From NCBI RefSeq assembly GCF_000010625.1, contig NC_010296.1, positions 420,001 to 452,000 on the forward strand: a stretch of DNA of 32,000 nucleotides, read 5' to 3'. The position numbers were made by a program, and so were the translations under genes. How positions within the stretch are numbered: the stretch's first letter is position 1; every line of letters begins with the position of its first letter. This DNA is from Microcystis aeruginosa NIES-843 (lineage in GTDB: Bacteria; Cyanobacteriota; Cyanobacteriia; Cyanobacteriales; Microcystaceae). The notes below the pieces were generated by a model. The model was given only the letters and a program-made list of their open reading frames with translations. It did not search any database and had not been told where the DNA came from. Shown piece after piece: positions 1 through 8,552 of this stretch.

Positions 1-106
1 TCTACTAATGACAGTAGCCTAGTTACTCAGGAGCCGGATACGGCGAAAGTCGTAAGTCCGGTTTTGAAGCAGGGGGTGGGAAGGCGACTTCCTGCTCTAC
101 TGTAAC
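1..106 (+). mobile_element. ORF-less group II intron, 3' fragment (domains V-VI), cut by window edge (copy 0)
   Basis: Identical to the last 106 nt of the four full copies. Domain V is GAGCCGGATACGGCGAAAGTCGTAAGTCCGGTTT at 31-64. The fragment ends ...CTACTGTAAC at 106, directly followed by the GGGTTTTACC part of MITE-A. Confidence 0.8.
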
Positions 107-260
107 GGGTTTTACCGATTTTGAGGTGGTCAATTACCTAATTTTCAGGGAAAAAGTACCTGAATTTTCCCCCCGATCACTCCCATGCCAGGCACTTTTT
201 GATTTCAAAAAAGCCTAAAGATATTATCCAACAAGGTTTTTAGATTTATTCAGCAAACCC
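107..260 (+). mobile_element. MITE-A, right part (downstream of intron insertion)
   Basis: Aligns with 7234-7382 and 17790-17945. Ends in the terminal repeat TTATTCAGCAAACCC, the reverse complement of the left end GGGTTTGCTGAA seen in other copies. Confidence 0.75.
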
Positions 261-616
261 TAAATATTTTACACAATTCATACCAGGTAAGCAAGAGGGC
301 TACACCACTACTACCGAATCATTACCCGCCCTCTTTGAACAACTTCTGCTGCTCACCATAAGTGAGAGAAAATCACAAATAGGAGATGCACCCGGTTATG
401 CCTGCTACGAATAAAGAAAAATGGTATTAGTTTTCCTTACGGGGGGGATATAGCTTAAAACGGGTGATTTCTCGGTTATCCAAGCGGTAAACTTTGATTG
501 AGGATCAATTGGGGACGTAAGCGACGGAGTTTGCGTCTCTTTGTTATAATTCAAAGGCTAGGCTATAATAAATCTTCATAAACACCGATAATTTTAGTCA
601 AAGATGTAAAAAAAGG

Positions 617-802
617 GGTTCTTCGTTACTTGGTATGGTTCAATAGGGGGGCATAAATCGACTAAATCCTTATCTGGCAAGAGACTTAATTGATTAGTTC
701 GCTCTAGATCGAAAACAATTGACATAAATCCCCGAATGTCTTTCTATATAAGAGTTTCATTCCTTGTAACCCTGTCCGTTGCATAAGACAAACCGAAGAA
801 CC
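617..802 (+). mobile_element. MITE-B copy 1 (about 187 bp, TIR GGTTCTTCG...CGAAGAACC)
   Basis: Four copies occur in the window (617, 8100, 17139, 30497 inverted). This copy has a perfect 8-bp target site duplication (TSD) AAAAAAGG at 609-616 and 803-810. Confidence 0.85.
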
Positions 803-862
803 AAAAAAGGAAGATCATGATTGTGAGAGCGTGTAATTAGTATAATTAAAGTAAAAATCATT

Positions 863-1044
863 GGGAGCATCTCACCTTTGCAATGAGCATAAATACTTAG
901 TGGAAAAATAGGCTTTTCGAGGGTAATTCTTGTTTTAATTCTCCATGTACGCAGTCTTTAAAAGCCTCTATTTCGTTCCAAGACACGATTAAGAGTGGCT
1001 TTTAGGCTAAGTATAATTACTTATCGCGTAAGTGAGATGCTCCC
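863..1044 (+). mobile_element. MITE-E (182 bp) with the termini of the ISKra4-like IS
   Basis: TIR is GGGAGCATCTCAC...GTGAGATGCTCCC. The 8-bp TSD AAATCATT lies at 855-862 and 1045-1052. The left 40 bp matches the left end of the IS starting at 22788. Confidence 0.8.
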
Positions 1045-1063
1045 AAATCATTCCAAGGTAGCC

Positions 1064-1264
1064 ATGATTAAAAACATTAATGTAACTGGACTTAAACCTG
1101 AACAAATTCAGCAGATACAAGCAATTATTGCCGCATTTAAAGCTCAAAATCAACTCAATAAAAGTGAAACTGAAATTGATATGATTGAATACCTGTTGGA
1201 AAATCCTATAGAGGTTGATAATTTAGAATTTATGAAACGAGAAGAAATTTATGACAGAACTTAA
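1064..1264 (+). CDS. small antitoxin-like protein upstream of the PIN toxin
   Basis: Its stop overlaps the PIN gene start at 1251 by 14 nt. The 66-aa product ends ...REEIYDRT. I chose the ATG at 1064 because the longer ORF from 995 starts inside MITE-E. Confidence 0.55.
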   Translation: MIKNINVTGLKPEQIQQIQAIIAAFKAQNQLNKSETEIDMIEYLLENPIEVDNLEFMKREEIYDRT

Positions 1265-1613
1265 AAATCATAGTTGTTTTGTTGATTCTAATATTTGGCT
1301 TTATGCTTTTTCCACTGATAAAAGAGAAGAAAGTAAAAGAATATTGGCAAAACAATTAATTAAAGAAAAGTCCATCATTATTAGTACCCAAATAATTAAT
1401 GAGGTTTCTTGTAATTTACTTAAAAAGCATAAGCTTGATGAAAAACAACTGTTTAAATTAATTGTTTCCTTTTATAGCAAATATCAAGTTATCTCATTTA
1501 ATCTTGATATTTTTGAATCTGCATATAATCTGAGAACTCAATATCATCTATCATTTTGGGATAGTTTAGTGATTGCTTGCGCTTCATTTTCTGATGCAAA
1601 TATTGGGACTTAA
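1251..1613 (+). pseudogene. vapC: PIN-domain (VapC-like) toxin, 3' end truncated by IS701-like copy A
   Basis: Acidic PIN residues appear in FVDSN, INEV and FWDSL contexts, and the fourth acidic motif is missing. The ORF runs into the IS terminus TGGGACTTAAAC at 1604 and stops there. Confidence 0.7.
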
Positions 1614-1822
1614 ACGATCAACAAGAGTATAATAGAGTATAATTGTTATAGAATAAGCACTTTACGTTGAAAGAGCGGCGATGAAAGAGACAACCCCAGC
1701 TGCGATGCCTCCCTGCTTTGACCGATGGTGTCGGCGGTTTGACAATTGCTTCAAAAACGAAGCGCAAAAAAACGGCTTCAGACAATATTTAGGGTCTGCT
1801 GAAAAAGTTTTTCCTAGGGGCA

Positions 1823-1843
1823 GGGTGTAGGGTGTGGGGTGTG
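1823..1843 (+). repeat. GGGTGT[GA] heptamer tract (3 units), 5' exon of intron copy 1
   Basis: Direct reading gives GGGTGTA GGGTGTG GGGTGTG, immediately followed by GTGCG. Confidence 0.9.
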
Positions 1844-2628
1844 GTGCGATTCGTTGGCTAGAAACTAGACAGTAAGACGTTTAGAGGATTAGCCGCTTGG
1901 TAAATGTAGTACCTTGATAACTTTATAACCCTACAGGTGCGGGTTAGTAATAACCTTAGTCCTGTCCTCTAGATGCCTAGAGTGACGGCATTTCCTGCTG
2001 CTTTAGACTTGGTACATCTGAGGTAGTGAGCGAGGAAAAAAAAGCGGTATCTGATAGCCTAAATCAGAAACCCGTTGAGCCAGAACCTATGGATAGCCCT
2101 GGGGCGAAGATACGAATTAACCATCGTCAACACCCACGAGCCAAAAGGCTGACAGGCTCGAAACAAAAGTTAACAGAGTTGGGGCTGATAGCTCATACCA
2201 CTATCAGTAAGGCATTCCCGTTACTCTGTTGTGGACAGTATCATCCTAAGGGTTCAACCAATGGTTATAGGGAACGAAGTAACCCTGATTGACTCTGCCC
2301 GTTCGGGGCAGTAGGAAACCATCCGCAAGTCAATAGAGGGAGAGGATGTCCTTAAAAGCCAAGGCTTTGAGTAATATCAAAGATATGCTGACAAAGGACG
2401 GGTAACTAGGAAGTCTAAGCAACAATCAACGGTCATATACGCCCTAAAACCAACAATCTTGTCTGGTGGGGATACAGCCAAGAGGGTTGAATAGACAAGG
2501 AAATAATAATTCCCATTATTATTCTACTAATGACAGTAGCCTAGTTACTCAGGAGCCGGATACGGCGAAAGTCGTAAGTCCGGTTTTGAAGCAGGGGGTG
2601 GGAAGGCGACTTCCTGCTCTACTGTAAC
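1844..2628 (+). mobile_element. ORF-less group II intron copy 1 (785 nt)
   Basis: Has 5' GTGCG and 3' ...CTACTGTAAC. Domain V at 2553-2586 has a 9-bp stem with the AGC triad, an AA bulge, a 5-bp stem and a GAAA loop. Domain VI is a hairpin with a GCGA loop and an unpaired A 8 nt from the end. There is no RT ORF. Confidence 0.8.
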
Positions 2629-2728
2629 GGGTGTGGGGTGTGGGGTGTAGGGTGTAGGGTGTGGGGTGTAGGGTGTGGGGTGTGGGGTGTGGGGAAGTGG
2701 GGGTGTGGGGTGTAGGGTGTGGGGTGTG
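2629..2728 (+). repeat. GGGTGT[GA] heptamer tract (100 bp) between intron copies 1 and 2
   Basis: Direct reading shows about 14 units, including one irregular unit GGGGAAGTGGGG. Confidence 0.9.
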
Positions 2729-3268
2729 GTGCGATTCGTTGGCTAGAAACTAGACAGTAAGACGTTTAGAGGATTAGCCGCTTGGTAAATGTAGTACCTT
2801 GATAACTTTATAACCCTACAGGTGCGGGTTAGTAATAACCTTAGTCCTGTCCTCTAGATGCCTAGAGTGACGGCATTTCCTGCTGCTTTAGACTTGGTAC
2901 ATCTGAGGTAGTGAGCGAGGAAAAAAAAAAGCGGTATCTGATAGCCTAAATCAGAAACCCGTTGAGCCAGAACCTATGGATAGCCCTGGGGCGAAGATAC
3001 GAATTAACCATCGTCAACACCCACGAGCCAAAAGGCTGACAGGCTCGAAACAAAAGTTAACAGAGTTGGGGCTGATAGCTCATACCACTATCAGTAAGGC
3101 ATTCCCGTTACTCTGTTGTGGACAGTATCATCCTAAGGGTTCAACCAATGGTTATAGGGAACGAAGTAACCCTGATTGACTCTGCCCGTTCGGGGCAGTA
3201 GGAAACCATCCGCAAGTCAATAGAGGGAGAGGATGTCCTTAAAAGCCAAGGCTTTGAGTAATATCAAA

Positions 3269-5342
3269 CCCACATTCCGCACCCTAAGTGTCACAACGTC
3301 TCAAAAGAGGAAGGGGCGCGAGTCAAAATACTTATCTAGAGGAGTGAGTTGGCGGCAAGCTGCCGGCAACTAAGCCGAAAATTTCAGAGTTCCCCCGGTC
3401 ATTCTCAATAAACAGTGCTTGTTGAGAATGACTAGGCAATCAGACTTAACATCTAGGGGGAGATGTTCCAGTTGCTCGCTTTGTTTTGTCACCCCTTGAA
3501 GTCAATCCATCTGGTCAAGATAAGAGATAATATTCCTGGCAAGGTTTGGGAAAAAATCTCAAAATGTTGCGCCTCTCATCCGTTAAGTTGCTAATCTTTT
3601 GATTGTCTTGAATACGGACGAGATGAATCCCTTGAAAGCCCTGAAATATCCAGCGTAACGTCGGTCGGTCAGTTAACTTACCCAACGGATTTTTCAGTCC
3701 CGTCTCCTGCTGTTTTAAACTTAAACGAAGTTGTCTTTGACCAATAGTATAAACCAGCAGGCACAAGCCCATGAGCATGGCCATGACCTCGATTCTATGG
3801 GGAGATTTGAGAAAGACACTGTGGGCAAAAAAGCAGGGGTCTTTGAGAAAAGAAAATCCTCTTTCCGGAGCTTGTTGCCCTTTATATTTTTTGAGTATAT
3901 CCTCACTGCTTAATCGTTGTTTCTCCAAATCGTTAGTTGCTAAAACGAATCGTCCTGCTCGTTTCTTTAGCCTCTCAATGGCGGTCAAATTCAACTCTAA
4001 TTCGGCTTGAACTTGATAGCTTTGAGAGGGTAAATCGTCTTTTGATTTGAGTTTTGACCCCTGGGACTCAGGCGGAATGAGATTGACTTTAATCTCCGTT
4101 AACTGATGAGATTTTAAGGAGTCAGATAATCCTTTGGCTATCGCCAACGCCACCGCTCTATTCTCAAATTCTCTTCGGGATAGTTGCCGGATTTTTTCTT
4201 GGGCAGAATTCTTTTCCTGCTCGATTTTTTTCTCTAATTTTTTCAAGTCTGATTCTTGTCTAGCTTGACTTTCAACTAGCAACCATCTTTGTTCTATCCC
4301 CCCATAGTTAGAGATGGTTTCCCGCCAGGAATAACCCGGTATTTCTGAATCGGTTAACTCTTTTTCTGAGATGCTATCAACCAACTCTTGAGCCTCTTTA
4401 ATGCTTAATGGTACTCGAGACAACCAACGCATTTCTTTCATTAGTTTTAAATTCTCTTTGCTATAGAGGGCGCTATCGCCGACTATTAAACTGTCAAAGT
4501 CAACTTGTTTTTTAAATTCTCGGGCGATTTGACCAAAAACCGCTTTGTCCGCTTCATTTCCGTCCCCTACTTTCAGGAATAAAGGTACATCTCCATCCCC
4601 ACTTACGATTAAGTCAATCATAAATTGTTTTAAGTCAGGTCTTCGGTCGCGGGAGTATCCGTAGGTAATTTTTATTGGCTGTTGTCTGGTTTCAATTTCT
4701 TCTCCCACTGCTCCTGATTTCAGGATTTCTACTGTTGGGTATTCCTTGTTATATTCTCCTTCTACTGATAGAGAAGTCGAATCTAAATGGGAGTTCTCGG
4801 TTGCTACACCAAATTTTTTCACGGCCGCTAAACTAATCAGTAGGAAAATGACCGAAACATTAAGTTGATAAAGTTTGTCCATTACTCGACCAATTTTATC
4901 ATCATTCAGGTGTTTTGGTTCGATGCCCTCTCCCAGCAGATGTTCGGTTGCTTTATCTTCAAAAAATTGAGGAAATAAATACAAGGCTCGGGAGACAAAT
5001 CCCAATCCATTCAGGATAATTGCTTTCACGACTTGCCCAGCTGTGACAATTTCTCCTCGCTCAATTGAGACTTGTTCGTTGATAATTTCAACGATTCCTA
5101 TTTCATCGATAATTCCGGCTACTAATCCCAGATGGTCTAGATTTTTGACTTCAATTTCTGTTGATTGATTCATGGTCGAACAGTCCACTCGCCTCAGTTT
5201 TCCAACAATTCCTATTTTTTCATAATTAGGGGTCTCAAGACCCCCCTAGCGGCCACCGAGAAAACCTTCACCAGCTAGGTATTTTTACTCAAGTCTCTGG
5301 CGGGGGACAGCTTATGTGACAGTTGAGGGTGCGGAATGTGGG
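3269..5342 (-). mobile_element. IS1634-like element copy 1 (2074 bp)
   Basis: Termini are CCCACATTCCGCACCCT...AGGGTGCGGAATGTGGG. The 6-bp TSD ATCAAA lies at 3263-3268 and 5343-5348, and the uninterrupted target is visible in the other intron copies. Confidence 0.9.
3515..5188 (-). CDS. IS1634-family (IS4-related) DDE transposase
   Basis: 557-aa ORF with N-terminus ...NLDHLGLVAGIIDEIGIVEIINE, typical of IS1634-type transposases. Three near-identical copies are in the window. The likely true start is the internal MNQSTEIEV. Confidence 0.8.
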   Translation of the reverse strand: MDCSTMNQSTEIEVKNLDHLGLVAGIIDEIGIVEIINEQVSIERGEIVTAGQVVKAIILNGLGFVSRALYLFPQFFEDKATEHLLGEGIEPKHLNDDKIGRVMDKLYQLNVSVIFLLISLAAVKKFGVATENSHLDSTSLSVEGEYNKEYPTVEILKSGAVGEEIETRQQPIKITYGYSRDRRPDLKQFMIDLIVSGDGDVPLFLKVGDGNEADKAVFGQIAREFKKQVDFDSLIVGDSALYSKENLKLMKEMRWLSRVPLSIKEAQELVDSISEKELTDSEIPGYSWRETISNYGGIEQRWLLVESQARQESDLKKLEKKIEQEKNSAQEKIRQLSRREFENRAVALAIAKGLSDSLKSHQLTEIKVNLIPPESQGSKLKSKDDLPSQSYQVQAELELNLTAIERLKKRAGRFVLATNDLEKQRLSSEDILKKYKGQQAPERGFSFLKDPCFFAHSVFLKSPHRIEVMAMLMGLCLLVYTIGQRQLRLSLKQQETGLKNPLGKLTDRPTLRWIFQGFQGIHLVRIQDNQKISNLTDERRNILRFFPKPCQEYYLLS

Positions 5343-5595
5343 ATCAAAGATATGCTGACAAAGGACGGGTAACTAGGAAGTCTAAGCAACAATCAACGGT
5401 CATATACGCCCTAAAACCAACAATCTTGTCTGGTGGGGATACAGCCAAGAGGGTTGAATAGACAAGGAAATAATAATTCCCATTATTATTCTACTAATGA
5501 CAGTAGCCTAGTTACTCAGGAGCCGGATACGGCGAAAGTCGTAAGTCCGGTTTTGAAGCAGGGGGTGGGAAGGCGACTTCCTGCTCTACTGTAAC

Positions 5596-5653
5596 GGGTG
5601 TGGGGTGTGGGGTGTGGGGAAGTGGGGGTGTGGGGTGTAGGGTGTGGGGTGTG
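5596..5653 (+). repeat. GGGTGT[GA] heptamer tract (58 bp) between intron copies 2 and 3
   Basis: Matches the 3' 58 bp of the 2629-2728 tract, including the irregular GGGGAAGTGGGG unit. Confidence 0.85.
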
Positions 5654-6437
5654 GTGCGATTCGTTGGCTAGAAACTAGACAGTAAGACGTTTAGAGGATT
5701 AGCCGCTTGGTAAATGTAGTACCTTGATAACTTTATAACCCTACAGGTGCGGGTTAGTAATAACCTTAGTCCTGTCCTCTAGATGCCTAGAGTGACGGCA
5801 TTTCCTGCTGCTTTAGACTTGGTACATCTGAGGTAGTGAGCGAGGAAAAAAAGCGGTATCTGATAGCCTAAATCAGAAACCCGTTGAGCCAGAACCTATG
5901 GATAGCCCTGGGGCGAAGATACGAATTAACCATCGTCAACACCCACGAGCCAAAAGGCTGACAGGCTCGAAACAAAAGTTAACAGAGTTGGGGCTGATAG
6001 CTCATACCACTATCAGTAAGGCATTCCCGTTACTCTGTTGTGGACAGTATCATCCTAAGGGTTCAACCAATGGTTATAGGGAACGAAGTAACCCTGATTG
6101 ACTCTGCCCGTTCGGGGCAGTAGGAAACCATCCGCAAGTCAATAGAGGGAGAGGATGTCCTTAAAAGCCAAGGCTTTGAGTAATATCAAAGATATGCTGA
6201 CAAAGGACGGGTAACTAGGAAGTCTAAGCAACAATCAACGGTCATATACGCCCTAAAACCAACAATCTTGTCTGGTGGGGATACAGCCAAGAGGGTTGAA
6301 TAGACAAGGAAATAATAATTCCCATTATTATTCTACTAATGACAGTAGCCTAGTTACTCAGGAGCCGGATACGGCGAAAGTCGTAAGTCCGGTTTTGAAG
6401 CAGGGGGTGGGAAGGCGACTTCCTGCTCTACTGTAAC
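5654..6437 (+). mobile_element. ORF-less group II intron copy 3 (784 nt)
   Basis: Same sequence as copy 1 with an A7 tract. Its 3' end abuts the 5' GTGCG of copy 4 with no exon between them. Confidence 0.8.
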
Positions 6438-7222
6438 GTGCGATTCGTTGGCTAGAAACTAGACAGTAAGACGTTTAGAGGATTAGCCGCTTGGTAAATG
6501 TAGTACCTTGATAACTTTATAACCCTACAGGTGCGGGTTAGTAATAACCTTAGTCCTGTCCTCTAGATGCCTAGAGTGACGGCATTTCCTGCTGCTTTAG
6601 ACTTGGTACATCTGAGGTAGTGAGCGAGGAAAAAAAAGCGGTATCTGATAGCCTAAATCAGAAACCCGTTGAGCCAGAACCTATGGATAGCCCTGGGGCG
6701 AAGATACGAATTAACCATCGTCAACACCCACGAGCCAAAAGGCTGACAGGCTCGAAACAAAAGTTAACAGAGTTGGGGCTGATAGCTCATACCACTATCA
6801 GTAAGGCATTCCCGTTACTCTGTTGTGGACAGTATCATCCTAAGGGTTCAACCAATGGTTATAGGGAACGAAGTAACCCTGATTGACTCTGCCCGTTCGG
6901 GGCAGTAGGAAACCATCCGCAAGTCAATAGAGGGAGAGGATGTCCTTAAAAGCCAAGGCTTTGAGTAATATCAAAGATATGCTGACAAAGGACGGGTAAC
7001 TAGGAAGTCTAAGCAACAATCAACGGTCATATACGCCCTAAAACCAACAATCTTGTCTGGTGGGGATACAGCCAAGAGGGTTGAATAGACAAGGAAATAA
7101 TAATTCCCATTATTATTCTACTAATGACAGTAGCCTAGTTACTCAGGAGCCGGATACGGCGAAAGTCGTAAGTCCGGTTTTGAAGCAGGGGGTGGGAAGG
7201 CGACTTCCTGCTCTACTGTAAC
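6438..7222 (+). mobile_element. ORF-less group II intron copy 4 (785 nt)
   Basis: Same sequence as copy 1 with an A8 tract. It is followed by GGGTGTGGGGTTTTACC, the remainder of MITE-A. Confidence 0.8.
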
Positions 7223-8099
7223 GGGTGTGGGGTTTTACCGATTTTGAGGGGGTCAATTACCTAATTTTCAGGGAAAAAGTCCCGGAATTTACCCCTGATC
7301 ACTCCCATATCTGGTACTTTTTGAGGGGAAAAAAGTCCAAAAGTCTTATCCAACAAGGTTTTTAGATTTATTCAGCCAGCCCTATTTAGGAGGATTATTA
7401 GGGGAAAGTGAGAGGAAAAACCTCACTCAAATTGCCAATAATGCCGTCGGAGTAGTTTATAACCGATTACATCACTTTTTGACCGAATCTCCCTGGTCAG
7501 ACCGTCAGGTGAATGAATGTCGGTTGCAAGTGATGAACCAATGCCGCCAGACGCAAATCCCCCGAGGATTTTCCCTGATTGTCGATGACTCAGGACATCG
7601 AAAAAGTGGCAATCTGACCGCCGGAGTTGGCAGGCAGTACCTAGGAGAAATTGGCAAGACAGACAACGGAATAGTCGCCGTCACTACCCATCTCTACGAC
7701 GGCAAAAAAAGTGTCCCCCTAGACAGGGAAATTTATCAACCGGCTAGTTCCTTAGCCGAGGGGAAAGAAGACAAAGAATTTAAGAAGAAACCAGAGATAG
7801 CGATAGATTTAATTGACCGGAGCTTAACCAGAGGCTATCGACCGAAAATCGTCTTAATAGATGCTGGTTATGGCAACAACACAAATTTTCTCAAAGCCCT
7901 GGAAGAAAGAAAGCTAAAATACTTAGGAGGATTGGCAAAAAATCGAAAAGTAATTATTGAAAAAGAAGGGGGTGTGGAAGAAACAATCCAGCTTGAGCAA
8001 CTAGCAAAAAGCCTATCAGAAAAGGATTGGGAGAAAATCACCCTAAATCTAGATAAAGAAAAAACGGTTTGGGTAGCGGTATTCAGAGCGAAAATATCT

Positions 8100-8286
8100 G
8101 GTTCTTCGTTACTTGGTATGGTTCGATAGGGGGGCATAAATCGACTAAATCCTTATCTGGTAAGAGACTTAATTGATTAGTTCGCTCTATATCAAAAACA
8201 ATTGACAAAAATCGCTAAATGCCTTTCTATATAACGGTTCCATCCCTTATAACCCCCGTCCATTGCATAACACAAACCGAAGAGCC
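8100..8286 (+). mobile_element. MITE-B copy 2, inside the copy A transposase gene
   Basis: The 8-bp TSD AAATATCT lies at 8092-8099 and 8287-8294. The uninterrupted site is visible in copy B. Confidence 0.85.
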
Positions 8287-8552
8287 AAATATCTCAACTA
8301 GAAGGAGAAAGGAACTTGGCGATCGTCATGAATGCAAGTTCAATGGAAAAAGCCACAGAGGTGGACTATTTCATCACCAATGTAGTTGAGGCAGATACAG
8401 TAACAGCTTCGTGGATAGTGAGGACTTACACCGAAAGAAATTGGGTGGAAGTATTCTACCGAGAAGCCAAAGGATGGTTAGGGTTAAGGGAATATCAAGT
8501 CAGGGATAAACGAAGCTTACTTCGTCATTTTATCCTGGTGTTTTGTGCCTAT

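Larger units (their letters stand above)
2729..5595 (+). mobile_element. ORF-less group II intron copy 2, interrupted by an IS1634-like element
   Basis: The intron is 787 nt after removing 3269-5342 and one 6-bp TSD. It is otherwise identical to the other copies except for an A10 tract. Confidence 0.8.
1792..7382 (+). mobile_element. MITE-A copy carrying four group II introns and one IS
   Basis: Ends are GGGTCTGCTGAAAAAG... and ...TTATTCAGCCAGCCC, with a 6-bp TSD TATTTA at 1786-1791 and 7383-7388. The intron-free reference copy is at 17731-17945. Confidence 0.8.

Noticed and set aside
700-760. Outward-facing sigma70-like promoter inside MITE-B (TTGACA ... TATATA)
   Set aside because: The spacer between the hexamers is about 20 nt, which is too long. 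Alternative -10 hexamers at 17-18 nt are poor matches, so there is not enough support to call a promoter.
995-1063. Longer N-terminus of the antitoxin ORF (start at 995)
   Set aside because: This part of the ORF is inside MITE-E and its TSD (863-1052). The ATG at 1064 lies just outside and gives a typical 66-aa antitoxin size.
2026-2292. 88-aa / 67-aa ORFs repeated at 2026, 2976, 5898 and 6620 (MSEEKKAVSD... / MDSPGAKIRINH...)
   Set aside because: They lie inside domain I of the group II intron copies. Their conservation simply reflects the identity of the copies, and the N-terminal part is gained or lost with the A7-A10 tract length. They show no RT/maturase motifs, have no Shine-Dalgarno sequence, and use a GTG start.
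1823-2728. Heptamer GGGTGT[GA] tracts as telomere-like repeats or as coding low-complexity sequence
   Set aside because: The tracts are internal to a MITE on what appears to be a bacterial chromosome, and no ORF spans them. They are better explained as a MITE-borne microsatellite used as the intron target.
3721-4010. Small ORFs overlapping or antisense to the IS1634-like transposase gene (also at 20851-21140 and 25244-25533)
   Set aside because: They are nested within a well-supported 557-aa transposase ORF. Their composition is low-complexity, and they recur only because the IS is repeated.
7868-8137. 89-aa minus-strand ORF, and similar ORFs at 14069-14251 and 27442-27642
   Set aside because: They are antisense to transposase or hsdM coding sequence and partly run into MITE sequence, with no independent support.
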